From positions 99,929 through 163,928 of the IMG/VR virus record IMGVR_UViG_3300031951_000017: a stretch of 64,000 nucleotides of DNA; one strand, given 5' to 3'. Source of the DNA: a virus. Position numbers and translations under genes: made by a program. The notes beneath the pieces are model-generated. The model was not told the DNA's origin. It worked only from the letters and a program-made list of their open reading frames with translations, and searched no databases. Positions 47,443 to 57,037 of this stretch are shown one piece after another (the stretch's first letter is position 1; the number at the start of each line of letters is the position of its first letter).

Positions 47443-48402
47443 TTATTTTTTGGGAGGGAAAATTGCGTTATAATAATCGGTAGGACTTGATGGTAAAACT
47501 TCATCCTTACTTATGTTTCTATTTGGAAATGAACTTTGTTGTGTATTTTCTCCTCCTGTTGTAGTTCCCGCAGTTCCTGTTGTAGTTCCCGCAGTTCCTG
47601 TTGTAGTTCCCGCAGTTCCTGTTGTAGTTCCCGCAGTTCCTGTTGTAGTTCCCTCAGTTCCTGTTGTAGTTCCCTCAGTTCCTGTTGTAACTCTAGTCTT
47701 AGTTTTTATGTTACCATCTACAGAACCTTCTATTGTGGTGTTCTGACCTTTTTGAGTATATTCGTCATATAAACTATTATTACTAGCAACTTCTTTTTCA
47801 AATTTAGCGATAATATCGTCAACATCAGTTTGGGTTATTTTGAATTCACTTACGTTTTTTCCTTTTTTGTCTCTTACGTTTTGAAAATATAGTGCTAAAT
47901 TAGAATATTTAGTTAGGTTATCAAAATCACCACCTGGTTTGTTTGCCGATAGACTTAATGACAAAGCATAATACATTAACGCATTTGGATTATACTTTAA
48001 TTTAATCGGTTCAGCTGTAGTTGGGGTATCCGGGGTTGTAGTCGTAGTATTTGGTGCTGTAGTGTTATTTTTGTCAGTACTTGTACCGCCAAAATCATTT
48101 ATTACCAATTTTTCACCAGCATAAATTGTATTAGGGTTACCTGATTTTAAATTTTTTTTGTTATCCTCATACATTTTTTTCCAATCAACTCCAAAAGCTT
48201 TGGCTATTTTAGTCAAATATTCATTTTTAGCGATTGTGTATGTTTTTGTTGCGGGGTCCCAACTACCTTGTAGTCCGCCAGGTGCGGCATCTTCATTTAA
48301 GATATTATCCCATTTTTGCTCCATTTCAAATAATGTCTTATTTCTTTCAAATGACATTAATTCATATATTCTAGAGAAATCTTTTTTATTTATAGTGTTC
48401 AT
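47443..48402 (-). CDS. LysM domain protein with Thr/Gly repeats
   Basis: YTIAKNEYLTKIAKAFGV.WK.MY..N......NPNTIYAGEKLVI. Confidence 0.85.
   Translation of the reverse strand: MNTINKKDFSRIYELMSFERNKTLFEMEQKWDNILNEDAAPGGLQGSWDPATKTYTIAKNEYLTKIAKAFGVDWKKMYEDNKKNLKSGNPNTIYAGEKLVINDFGGTSTDKNNTTAPNTTTTTPDTPTTAEPIKLKYNPNALMYYALSLSLSANKPGGDFDNLTKYSNLALYFQNVRDKKGKNVSEFKITQTDVDDIIAKFEKEVASNNSLYDEYTQKGQNTTIEGSVDGNIKTKTRVTTGTEGTTTGTEGTTTGTAGTTTGTAGTTTGTAGTTTGTAGTTTGGENTQQSSFPNRNISKDEVLPSSPTDYYNAIFPPKK
47554..47689 (-). repeat. 21-nt tandem repeat (~6.5 copies) encoding TTGT(A/E)GT
   Basis: tcctgttgtagttccc(g/t)cagt units. Confidence 0.92.
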
Positions 48403-48420
48403 ATTAAATAATTGTTCTTT

Positions 48421-48434
48421 TATAAATATTTATA
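48421..48434. promoter_or_regulatory. Palindromic bidirectional phage promoter TATAAATATTTATA
   Basis: Between divergent 48402(-) and 48450(+) starts. Confidence 0.65.
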
Positions 48435-48449
48435 AATAAAAAAAAGACA

Positions 48450-48698
48450 ATGGAAAAAAGAATTAAACAACTATTACGTGAAATGTCTGAAAAAAAAATG
48501 AGAGTTGATAGGGAACTAATTGATGATGTTATTAACCGATTAACAAATTTAAAGACAGGTGAAGAATATGAAATGCGATTGAGAGAATTAAATTCAGAGT
48601 TTGGAGCCGAACATGTAAAGAGGACTAACAGACCAACAGAATTTGAACCATTACCATCACATATTAAAGTAAGGTCTTCAACTTATCCAAATAGATAA
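48450..48698 (+). CDS. Hypothetical protein
   Basis: 82 aa; IKQLLRE leader-like start. Confidence 0.65.
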   Translation: MEKRIKQLLREMSEKKMRVDRELIDDVINRLTNLKTGEEYEMRLRELNSEFGAEHVKRTNRPTEFEPLPSHIKVRSSTYPNR

Positions 48699-48759
48699 TT
48701 TTTAAAAATATTTGTTTTTTCATTTTTTTACATTTATATTTTGGTATAAACTTATTAAA

Positions 48760-49203
48760 ATGGCAAAGAAAAAAACAAAAATTTTAGTTAAAGACGGTGA
48801 TAGTGTTACCGTCAATTACACAGGTAAATTGGAGGATGGAAGTGTATTCGATTCTTCGTTTAATGAGGGACGTGGTCCTTTATCAGCAACTTTAGGGGCA
48901 AATCAACTTATTCCAGGATTTGAAAAAGGATTGATTGGTATGGGTATTGGTGATAAAAAAGTTGTTGAGATTGCACCTTTTGAAGCTTATGGAAACTACA
49001 GACCTGATATGGTAAGTGAGATTGAAAAATCAAAATTCCCTGAAGATGTTACTGTGGGTAGTACTTTACAAGGTATGTCTCAAGCGGGTCCTGTAATTGT
49101 AACAGTACTTGAGGTTAATGAAGAAACTGTAAAGGTTGACGCTAATCACCCACTTGCTGGTAAGAAACTAATATTTGAAATCGAAGTTGTTTCAGTAAAC
49201 TAA
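48760..49203 (+). CDS. slyD: FKBP-type peptidyl-prolyl isomerase (SlyD/SlpA type)
   Basis: VNYTGKLEDGSVFDSS, LIPGFEKGL.GM, EAYG, VDANHPLAGK.L.FEIEV; no His-rich tail. Confidence 0.92.
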   Translation: MAKKKTKILVKDGDSVTVNYTGKLEDGSVFDSSFNEGRGPLSATLGANQLIPGFEKGLIGMGIGDKKVVEIAPFEAYGNYRPDMVSEIEKSKFPEDVTVGSTLQGMSQAGPVIVTVLEVNEETVKVDANHPLAGKKLIFEIEVVSVN

Positions 49204-49204
49204 C

Positions 49205-49230
49205 AAAAAATCCCCAAAGGGGATTTTTTT
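49205..49230. terminator. Bidirectional intrinsic terminator
   Basis: AAAAAATCCCC-aaa-GGGGATTTTTT between convergent genes. Confidence 0.85.
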
Positions 49231-50125
49231 ATTGTATATATTTAACACTTATTTTAACATCATTAGGTTCAAGTATTTTAGTCTTTAGGAACACCTGTGC
49301 TGAAAAATTCCTTTCCACCTCATTTTTTTGTTCTTCATTTAATTCAATATTATCGTATCTCTTTTTTGGTTTAACTTCAGCATCAATTATGATTTTTTCC
49401 CCATCCAATTCAATATTAGTTATTCTACAATCAAATGAAATTTGTGTTCCTATATCATTTATTGTAAATCTCATGTAACCATAAAAAGAAGAATTAATCA
49501 ATTTTTCTTTATAGTCATCCATAAATTCATCAATTCTGCGATTTTGTATTTCTTCTTCAGTTTTACCATACACTAAACTTTTTAGGTCCTTACTTCTAAG
49601 TTGGGTGGTTTTATATATACCTTTCCTAGTAACATTACCATATTGTTTAGCTGTCGAACTTGAATACTTTTCTGACACTGAATACCATTTATTATTTTTG
49701 AAAACTAATATTGGATACCAGCCATAGGAACTAATAACATATTGGTCAACACCACGAACATCTCTACTCCAATAACCACGTAAATTACTTCCCTCAAAAG
49801 GCATTTTTGCATAGGCATAGGTTCCTGATGATACATTTGTTATCTTATTTCCTGGAAAATCTTTTTCATTTTTTAATTCTTCAGGACTTATGTTTTCATA
49901 ATCACCATTTTCTCTATAGTTAAGGGTGTATAAATAATAATAACGCATTGCGTCTTCCTTTGGGAGTCCAATTAAAGGTAATTTTTTCTCAAAGAATTCA
50001 ATTGTGGCTTTTTTTGTTTTTAAATCTTTTTTCTTATTTTGTAAAAATTTAAACAATTGGATAACTGATTGACTCAATTGTTTGGTCATCTCCTCATTAA
50101 TTTTTTTTTTCAAAAAACTTTTCAT
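49229..50125 (-). CDS. Hypothetical protein
   Basis: 298 aa; KINEE leader-like start; YVISSYG.YP...W....KYSSSTAKQ segment. Confidence 0.7.
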   Translation of the reverse strand: MKSFLKKKINEEMTKQLSQSVIQLFKFLQNKKKDLKTKKATIEFFEKKLPLIGLPKEDAMRYYYLYTLNYRENGDYENISPEELKNEKDFPGNKITNVSSGTYAYAKMPFEGSNLRGYWSRDVRGVDQYVISSYGWYPILVFKNNKWYSVSEKYSSSTAKQYGNVTRKGIYKTTQLRSKDLKSLVYGKTEEEIQNRRIDEFMDDYKEKLINSSFYGYMRFTINDIGTQISFDCRITNIELDGEKIIIDAEVKPKKRYDNIELNEEQKNEVERNFSAQVFLKTKILEPNDVKISVKYIQ

Positions 50126-50163
50126 ATTTGATAAATATATTGATTTTTAGATATATTTGCGGT

Positions 50164-50661
50164 ATGAACATATTCTTTCTAGATTGGGATGTTAAAAAAT
50201 CCGCAGAATATCATTGTGATAAACACGTGGTTAAGATGATATTGGAAACAGCACAATTATTATGTGGTGCTCACCACGTGACCGACCAAGTACCCACTAA
50301 GTACCCACCAAGTACCCTCCAAGTGCCCTACAAGTTATCTCACAAGAATCATCCATGTGCTATTTGGACACGTGAGTCACTGTCTAACTATTTGTATCTA
50401 TGTGAACTTGGGTTGGAACTATGTAAGGAATACACTTACCGATATGGTAAACGTCATAAATCTCAGGATGTGATTGAGTGGTGTGTCACAAATAAGGTAA
50501 ACATTTGTGACAAGGGATTTACTAATCCACCAAAAGCAATGCCTGATGAGTATAAGGTAGATGATGTTGTTAAATCATACCGAAATTATTATCGCGGAGC
50601 CAAGTCAGAGTTTGCGGTATGGAAAAATAGACAAGTTCCCGAATGGTACATGTCTTTATAA
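50164..50661 (+). CDS. Pyrimidine dimer DNA glycosylase/endonuclease V family protein
   Basis: MNIF.LD......A..HCDKHVVKMILETAQLL, H.NHPC..W.R, EY..RYGK.H, P.AMP..YK, YR.YY. Confidence 0.85.
   Translation: MNIFFLDWDVKKSAEYHCDKHVVKMILETAQLLCGAHHVTDQVPTKYPPSTLQVPYKLSHKNHPCAIWTRESLSNYLYLCELGLELCKEYTYRYGKRHKSQDVIEWCVTNKVNICDKGFTNPPKAMPDEYKVDDVVKSYRNYYRGAKSEFAVWKNRQVPEWYMSL
50288..50335 (+). repeat. 11-nt tandem repeat (4 degenerate copies) inside the glycosylase gene
   Basis: aagtacccact aagtacccacc aagtaccctcc aagtgccctac aagt. Confidence 0.85.
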
Positions 50662-50691
50662 TTGATGTTATTTAATTATTATTCCAAAGTT

Positions 50692-51060
50692 ATGAAATCA
50701 ATAATTGCTGTAAATAATTTAGGGTATATTGGACTAGACAATAAACTCCTATGGAAATCCGCTCAGGATATGTCACACTTCGTTAAGATGACCATAAACC
50801 AAAGATTGTTGGTTGGGTATAATACGGCTCAGGATTTACCTAAACTTAAAAATAGGGCCATTATAATTGATAATAGAGACGAATTAATTACAGATGTTGA
50901 TTGGTGTATAGGGGGTAAAAAAACATATGAGAAATACGCATCTCATTTTACTGAGTTACACATTTCTCATATAGATAATAACGATATTGGTGATATAATG
51001 TTTCCTGATTTTAGAAACTTAAACCCAAATTGTAAAATTTTTAATTATTACTTTAAGTAA
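50692..51060 (+). CDS. folA: Dihydrofolate reductase (short)
   Basis: IIAV....IG.DNKLLW....DM.HF..MT....VG..T, IGG...YE, GD..FP. Confidence 0.88.
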   Translation: MKSIIAVNNLGYIGLDNKLLWKSAQDMSHFVKMTINQRLLVGYNTAQDLPKLKNRAIIIDNRDELITDVDWCIGGKKTYEKYASHFTELHISHIDNNDIGDIMFPDFRNLNPNCKIFNYYFK

Positions 51061-51618
51061 TTAAACGCCGCCAGCTTTCATTCTGTCTCTCAAGTCGGTA
51101 TTTCTTTTTCCAGTTCTACCACACTTAGCCTTTTTACTTCTTCTTTTCTGAACTTTTCTTCTTTTACGATAATTGATACCTTGTTCAGTTATTTCACCAC
51201 CTTCACTTTCGTCTGCAGCTAAAAGTCCCGCACCAATTACAGCTGCCTCATTTTTAAGTTCTTCAGGGATTTGTAAACCACCAACAGGTTGTCCCTTTAG
51301 TACATTTCCAATAGCACTTTCTAATTCAGTAGTTGTTCCTAAATTGTTAAAGAAATCAAAAACCTTTGATAGAATTCCTGTTTTATCAGTATCAGGAACA
51401 CACATTGGGTTGTCTCCGGTATTTACATAATCACCGATATTAAACTGAGCTCCGTTATCCTTTAGAATGTCTTGAGTTAATGACATAATACTTGAAACAT
51501 CAACTTTTGGTTGAACTTCTGGTGCTTCATTAATTGTAACTTTTGATTCTAAAAATCTTTTTTCTAGTCTTTCGTTTGCCTCAGAAAGATGTCTTCTTTT
51601 ACTAAAACTTGTATTCAT
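51061..51618 (-). CDS. Leader-bearing protein with highly basic C-terminus
   Basis: SFSKRRHLSEANERLEKRFLE leader; Arg/Lys-rich tail after ITE site. Confidence 0.7.
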   Translation of the reverse strand: MNTSFSKRRHLSEANERLEKRFLESKVTINEAPEVQPKVDVSSIMSLTQDILKDNGAQFNIGDYVNTGDNPMCVPDTDKTGILSKVFDFFNNLGTTTELESAIGNVLKGQPVGGLQIPEELKNEAAVIGAGLLAADESEGGEITEQGINYRKRRKVQKRRSKKAKCGRTGKRNTDLRDRMKAGGV

Positions 51619-51643
51619 ATTTTTTTATTTATAAATATATCGT

Positions 51644-52630
51644 TTAAAATTTAAATTCAATGTTATGCCCTTCACAGACACCCATTTCAATTATTTCATC
51701 GTTAAATCCTTCAGGTGAAAATTTTATAATTAGACATTTTCTACTGCCCCACTTGGGGTCTCCCCCCATAGTTTCATTGTTAACATTAAAAGATAGTTTA
51801 AATCCGTTGTGAGTGTCCAAAAGTTTAGTAACAATTTCTGTTACATCATTAACAACATTTAATGGTGTCGTACTATACCCTTCATCAATCTCAAATGGAG
51901 GTGTTCCATATGTTGCACTTTTAATTATTATTCTACACCCTTTAAATTTATCATATTCACCATTATATAATTTTGGAGTTAATTCGGTTAGATAGGGGTT
52001 AAACCCTAGGTGGTAGAATTGGTAACTAAGTGATTCAGGACAATCTTTATTTATCCAAGACTCGTAGTCCCACCTACTCCAAATACCTACATCACAGGTT
52101 TTATTAATGTGACTTGTTTTAGTCCACCAAAAATTCCCCCAAAACTCTTTTCCATTTAAACTAGCACCAACATTATCATAATAGTCTAATTTACTAACAC
52201 ATTCCCTCCAGTTATCTATCAAAAAATACTCCATAAACTCTCTCCAATAATTAGAGTTTTTAGATTTAATGTCTGAAATCTCACCACCATTAAAAGTTGT
52301 CCAATTATTGCTTACACCCTTTGTATGGAAATATAAAATTTTAGCATCAAATTCTTTTGATAATTGTTTCACTTTTAAAATTCCTGGATACTCACCATGA
52401 TTATCCTTAAAAAATTCTAGATTTAATTTTTCATAACGTTTAAAAAAACTGATGACATCCTCTATCTCAACATCACCTAAATTAATTGTGACGTAAATAT
52501 TGTCGGCTTCATCATATAATTTAGAATTTATTAATCTATCTAATTGTTGTGTAATTAACTCTTTCCATTTTTTGGTCAGATAACAATGATACACAATTAA
52601 TATCGGTTGTTTTTTTTCAATATTATCCAT
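51644..52630 (-). CDS. Glycosyltransferase-like protein with C-terminal lectin-like domain
   Basis: ILYFHTKG...WR..MEYF...GNFWW; C-term I.SATYG...DVT.IV...N..MGGDP..G..K.L.I. Confidence 0.6.
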   Translation of the reverse strand: MDNIEKKQPILIVYHCYLTKKWKELITQQLDRLINSKLYDEADNIYVTINLGDVEIEDVISFFKRYEKLNLEFFKDNHGEYPGILKVKQLSKEFDAKILYFHTKGVSNNWTTFNGGEISDIKSKNSNYWREFMEYFLIDNWRECVSKLDYYDNVGASLNGKEFWGNFWWTKTSHINKTCDVGIWSRWDYESWINKDCPESLSYQFYHLGFNPYLTELTPKLYNGEYDKFKGCRIIIKSATYGTPPFEIDEGYSTTPLNVVNDVTEIVTKLLDTHNGFKLSFNVNNETMGGDPKWGSRKCLIIKFSPEGFNDEIIEMGVCEGHNIEFKF

Positions 52631-53156
52631 ATCTAAATGCTACAGAATAAGAATCTAAAGTATAATTTTTTTGATTTACTAACTTTTCTAGTTCCTCTCT
52701 TTTTTCTTTAAAATTGTCACCGTCTTTATACCCAATACCTTTAAATGTAATTTTTATTCTTGGGTCATCCCAAACAGCCGAAAATTCACATTCACCACCA
52801 ATTGTGTCTTTAAGTAAACTATTTATTTGATTTTCAATATGGTCAAGATAGTCAAAGTTTTTAAAAGCAAACCCAAATCTATAGTTTTCACTAATAAATG
52901 GTATTTTTTCATGAGCCGATTGTATTACCCTTTCAAATTTACCTGTTGGTGAATAGAAAAATCGTCCGAGGTTATCTTTAGGGTTTTTATATAATTCTGA
53001 CGCATATTTTTCATCATATGATGGTGTATTCTTATCCATTTTCTCACAATCAACATGTAATTGCACCACTTCAGGATTTGTAATTCTGAAATCATAGTCG
53101 TTATTTTTAAATTTCAAGTTAAGAAATCTTAGAAGAGCTTTATCTTGTGTTGTCAT
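52623..53156 (-). CDS. Hypothetical protein
   Basis: 177 aa; overlaps neighbours. Confidence 0.7.
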   Translation of the reverse strand: MTTQDKALLRFLNLKFKNNDYDFRITNPEVVQLHVDCEKMDKNTPSYDEKYASELYKNPKDNLGRFFYSPTGKFERVIQSAHEKIPFISENYRFGFAFKNFDYLDHIENQINSLLKDTIGGECEFSAVWDDPRIKITFKGIGYKDGDNFKEKREELEKLVNQKNYTLDSYSVAFRYG

Positions 53157-54379
53157 AATTTTTTCTTACTGAAGGAGTATTGTTTAATCTCTTTGGTAAA
53201 TTTTGGTTTGGTTTTCTTATACAACTTATGATATAAGTCAAAATCAATTATGGATGAAGAACTCTCACCAATTAGTGAATATAATTTACTCAATTTCTTA
53301 ATCATTTTATCCGCAACTGATGACATATATTTTATCTCGTGTTTAAAGAAATCGTCAGGCTCACCTTCAAATCTTCTAAGTCTCGCTAAATACTTCTTAA
53401 AGAATTTTATTTTTTCTTCTCTATTATCTTCTTTACCAATTAATTGGAAAATCAAACTTCGTATTTGACTATCATCATTTAATCCTAAATATTCAAAAAC
53501 CCCTTCTCCCTTCCAGTTAGTTATATTAATATAAACTATTTTTAATACCATCCTAATTACGTCATTTTTAGACATAAACCTATCGTAGGCATTAACTTGT
53601 TTTAAAAATCCAACACAATCAGTATATTCATTTCTTAAATCACTAATTAATTGTTCAAAACTATAATCCCTAATTTCTAGTAAATTTTTAATGGTCTCGT
53701 CTTGGAAAAAATAATCATAAAAATTCTCCTTGTCAACCTCGTCATATTTCATTCTAGAAAATATTTCACTAGGTCTTACTAGATTTTCAACCAATGTTGT
53801 ATAGTAAAGATTTATCAAAAAATTATCAATTGCATTAATACCAAATCTTCTATCTGAATAGGTACTATATTCCATAGTATCTGTAACTTTTGGTCTGTCG
53901 TATTTAAAATGGTTATATGTATGGGTTAGTTCATGTGAAAATGTACTAATTGTATCTCGTTTATTTTCAGTAAAGTAATTAATCAAGTCTTCACCAGAAA
54001 CATCCTCAGGAACGGTAATAACTATATTTAACTTAATGGTCCCTTCAAACGATTTATATTCCATCCTGATTTCATCATCACTCAATCTAATCTGTTGTAC
54101 GTTTTGAAATGCAACAGGATGTATTTCAGTGAACTCTAAAAAATTAAATCCAATAACTACCTCATCAATATCTAATTCATTTATATTATCATTAATATAA
54201 ATGTCTATGGTACTATTCTCTAATTCATCTTTAGTCGCGTCGGGATTAATACCATCTATAAGTCCATCAAATATTTTTAAGGACACTTCATGTATATTAT
54301 CAGGTACACCGACTTTTTCAGTCAGTATTCTTTCTACAATTTTTCTTATTGTACTTTCATTTATTTTTACAATTTTCAT
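53153..54379 (-). CDS. Leader-bearing protein with HExxH zinc-metalloprotease motif
   Basis: IVKINESTIRKIVERILTE leader; FSHELTHTY. Confidence 0.7.
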   Translation of the reverse strand: MKIVKINESTIRKIVERILTEKVGVPDNIHEVSLKIFDGLIDGINPDATKDELENSTIDIYINDNINELDIDEVVIGFNFLEFTEIHPVAFQNVQQIRLSDDEIRMEYKSFEGTIKLNIVITVPEDVSGEDLINYFTENKRDTISTFSHELTHTYNHFKYDRPKVTDTMEYSTYSDRRFGINAIDNFLINLYYTTLVENLVRPSEIFSRMKYDEVDKENFYDYFFQDETIKNLLEIRDYSFEQLISDLRNEYTDCVGFLKQVNAYDRFMSKNDVIRMVLKIVYINITNWKGEGVFEYLGLNDDSQIRSLIFQLIGKEDNREEKIKFFKKYLARLRRFEGEPDDFFKHEIKYMSSVADKMIKKLSKLYSLIGESSSSIIDFDLYHKLYKKTKPKFTKEIKQYSFSKKKL

Positions 54380-54423
54380 TACTCAAGTATATACCTTTAT
54401 AAATACTTAGAAAAGTGTAAAAT

Positions 54424-54449
54424 AAAACCCCCTAATTAAGGGGGTTTTT
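54424..54449 (-). terminator. Intrinsic terminator
   Basis: AAAACCCCCT-aatta-AGGGGGTTTT. Confidence 0.82.
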
Positions 54450-54452
54450 ATA

Positions 54453-54956
54453 TTAGATATTGTTGTACCAGTCATTGAGATGATATTTCCCCTCAATGTT
54501 TTTCATATATTCATCAAATCCGTTTATTTCTATCCCACACTTTTCATAGAATAGGTATCCTGGTCGATTAGTACCCCTAGACATGTTTGTAACCAATGTG
54601 TGTTCTTCTTTAGTTAATTTTACTATTGAACACAAATCTTTACAAATTTCAGTGAATCTATCTAAAGACATATTCTCATCTTTTTCAAGCTCGTTGAAAA
54701 TAAATCTTGAGGATAAAATACGATTGAAGTAGTGTTCCTTAGTACTTGGCTGAGTCCTGTCACTTAGTAATTTTTGACTACTAAAGTTAGTTTCAAAAAA
54801 TTTGTTGCCTGATATATCCCAAAGAGGACTTCTATTCATACTGAACAAAAATTTTAGGCCACTAGGGTCATTTTTGAATTGTTTATACACAACTAGTTGA
54901 GACTTAAAACTAAGGAGTATGAGATTTAATTTTTCTGGTAAAGTTAATCTTGCCAT
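54453..54956 (-). CDS. Hypothetical protein
   Basis: Likely start MARLTL at 54956; TKEHYFNR...LTKEEH may be a degenerate His-Me finger. Confidence 0.65.
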   Translation of the reverse strand: MARLTLPEKLNLILLSFKSQLVVYKQFKNDPSGLKFLFSMNRSPLWDISGNKFFETNFSSQKLLSDRTQPSTKEHYFNRILSSRFIFNELEKDENMSLDRFTEICKDLCSIVKLTKEEHTLVTNMSRGTNRPGYLFYEKCGIEINGFDEYMKNIEGKYHLNDWYNNI

Positions 54957-55005
54957 TATTTTAATTTTTATTACATTAAAAAAGTAAATAAAAAAATTCA
55001 AATAA

Positions 55006-55545
55006 TCAAATTTTATCGTAAACTAAATTAACAAATTCTTCTTCGGATACTTCGTAGTCTAATGACATATTGTTAAATGAAATACCATTAATTGATGATA
55101 CATAAAAAAGTCCCATCCAGTTTTTATTTGATATAAAATTTTTTTCATCAATCAGTATAGCATCATCACCATAACCATAAGTTAGATGGTCATTAATAAA
55201 ATTGGCAACTTTAATTAAATCCTCTTCATTTGTAAATCTAGGTAACTGAATGTTAATTCCAATTTCTAAATGTGTAAATTCAGTATCATAGGACGAATCA
55301 TTAATAGAGATGACATTTATTGGAATATCGATATATTCACCTCGATATTCCCTCCAGTTCTCATAATCTTTTTCAGGACGATATATAAAGTCGCCACTTA
55401 ATTTTTGTTTGATAATTTTTTCTAAAGTAGGGTATTGACTCACTAATTCAAAAAAATTATCCATCCCCCCAAAAAAATTAGAAATGGTGATGATATCTTT
55501 ACCTTTATCAATCATTCTTAAAACACCATCAACAATCTTGTTCAT
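55006..55545 (-). CDS. Hypothetical protein
   Basis: 179 aa; TATTTAT box 5 nt upstream. Confidence 0.7.
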   Translation of the reverse strand: MNKIVDGVLRMIDKGKDIITISNFFGGMDNFFELVSQYPTLEKIIKQKLSGDFIYRPEKDYENWREYRGEYIDIPINVISINDSSYDTEFTHLEIGINIQLPRFTNEEDLIKVANFINDHLTYGYGDDAILIDEKNFISNKNWMGLFYVSSINGISFNNMSLDYEVSEEEFVNLVYDKI

Positions 55546-55575
55546 ATTAAATAAATATGATGGATAAAAAAATAA

Positions 55576-56442
55576 TTAAATTTTAAAATCTTGAATCACG
55601 TTCAAAAAATTATTTATCATTTCTTGAGCTTTATCGTGTTTTTCGGTGTCGGTATTTTTAATCACACTTAAATGTTGTTTAAACTCATCAATATTAAATG
55701 AACTTAACAAATTAACAACTCGTTGTACTTCACCCATTGACTTTTTAAGTTTAACATATTTAATCTTTTCCACCCGGAATTTTGCGTATGCTTCAATCAA
55801 CACATCCTCACTCCATCCATTTTCAATAATAGTACCATCTTGAATTGAATTATCTGATTGATTAAATACTTCTAATGACCCTGTAAACATATTGGTTCCT
55901 CTTTCATAGAAAGCAATTTTTGAATACGTCGAACCCTTTGAATTTTTCTTATCAATCAAATAGACAAGTAATCCTCCATTAGTATAGCTAGTGAAAGTAG
56001 ATGGGTTGTTTTTAGAAGCGGTGCACCATCGTGTATTTGACCCATATTTCAATGAACCTACGTGAGTTTTAGGTCTAACCATTAAATAATCATCAGTTTC
56101 CCATAAAACATCTACGTGGTCCTCTCTAATGAATTCTTTATCTTCTTTGATTTGAATGAGTTCAGTAACTAATTGTTGTAAATTAGTAATTGTACCAAAT
56201 TGTTTGGAGTAAATGTCCCTATTAATATTATTGTATGGCAGTAAAGTATCAAAAAGTTTAACCAGTGACACTAGATACTCAGCAGATTTTATTTGTTGGT
56301 TTCCTTCTAATTTTTTAACCCATAGACTACACATATACTCCAAATACTTCTTGGTTGGTGTAGTGTCTCCACTAACAAACTTATTAAAACTTGCTTGTGT
56401 AATACGTGGGAATTTTTCTCTGATTTGGTCTACTTTTGCCAT
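55576..56442 (-). CDS. Hypothetical protein, KYGxxTxWCT family
   Basis: RPKTHVGSLKYGSNTRWCTAS; DTTPTKKYLEYM; TACTTTTG upstream. Confidence 0.75.
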   Translation of the reverse strand: MAKVDQIREKFPRITQASFNKFVSGDTTPTKKYLEYMCSLWVKKLEGNQQIKSAEYLVSLVKLFDTLLPYNNINRDIYSKQFGTITNLQQLVTELIQIKEDKEFIREDHVDVLWETDDYLMVRPKTHVGSLKYGSNTRWCTASKNNPSTFTSYTNGGLLVYLIDKKNSKGSTYSKIAFYERGTNMFTGSLEVFNQSDNSIQDGTIIENGWSEDVLIEAYAKFRVEKIKYVKLKKSMGEVQRVVNLLSSFNIDEFKQHLSVIKNTDTEKHDKAQEMINNFLNVIQDFKI

Positions 56443-56500
56443 AATATTTCTTATATGTCGACAAAAGTAGTAAAACTATTTTAAATATCCAAAATTATTT

Positions 56501-56998
56501 TTAATCTATTTTTTCAGGTGTTCGGTAATAGTAATCGTGACTTTCACTATCATGAACATCCGTGTGAGTAATCTCACCATCATATAATGAAAGTTCCCCA
56601 ATTTGTTCTTCATATCTAAATTTAAGTTCAGCAACATCGGGGTCATCACAATATGAATCAAATGTGTTACCATATGTGGTAGTTTGTTGGATTGTCTCTC
56701 TTACATCCACATTAATATAGTACATAGAATATTTTGGTATCTTCAAATCGGAATTTTCGTCATCGTTTTCTAAAACACCAAGATTTAATTTGATTACATT
56801 AAAGAGAAAATCAATATCATTCGTGAAGTAATCTAAACCTATTTGTTTTAATACCTTTTCGTATACCTCATAAGCTACAGCATATTCATAAACATCGTCC
56901 CAATTGGCATCAGAATTTTCACATCTTTTTAAAATTTTCTTACAAATTTTAAATAAAATCTTTTTAGGTAATTTTTCTAATTTTGATTTGTTGTCCAT
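56501..56998 (-). CDS. Hypothetical protein
   Basis: 165-aa ORF. Confidence 0.7.
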   Translation of the reverse strand: MDNKSKLEKLPKKILFKICKKILKRCENSDANWDDVYEYAVAYEVYEKVLKQIGLDYFTNDIDFLFNVIKLNLGVLENDDENSDLKIPKYSMYYINVDVRETIQQTTTYGNTFDSYCDDPDVAELKFRYEEQIGELSLYDGEITHTDVHDSESHDYYYRTPEKID

Positions 56999-57037
56999 AA
57001 TATTAAATATTTGTGTTATTAAATAATAAATCCCTAA

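Noticed and set aside
47554-47689. Possible CRISPR array
   Set aside because: Units are contiguous 21-mers without unique spacers and encode an in-frame Thr/Gly linker; likewise the 39-nt (13903-14050) and 18-nt (5140-5385) repeats.
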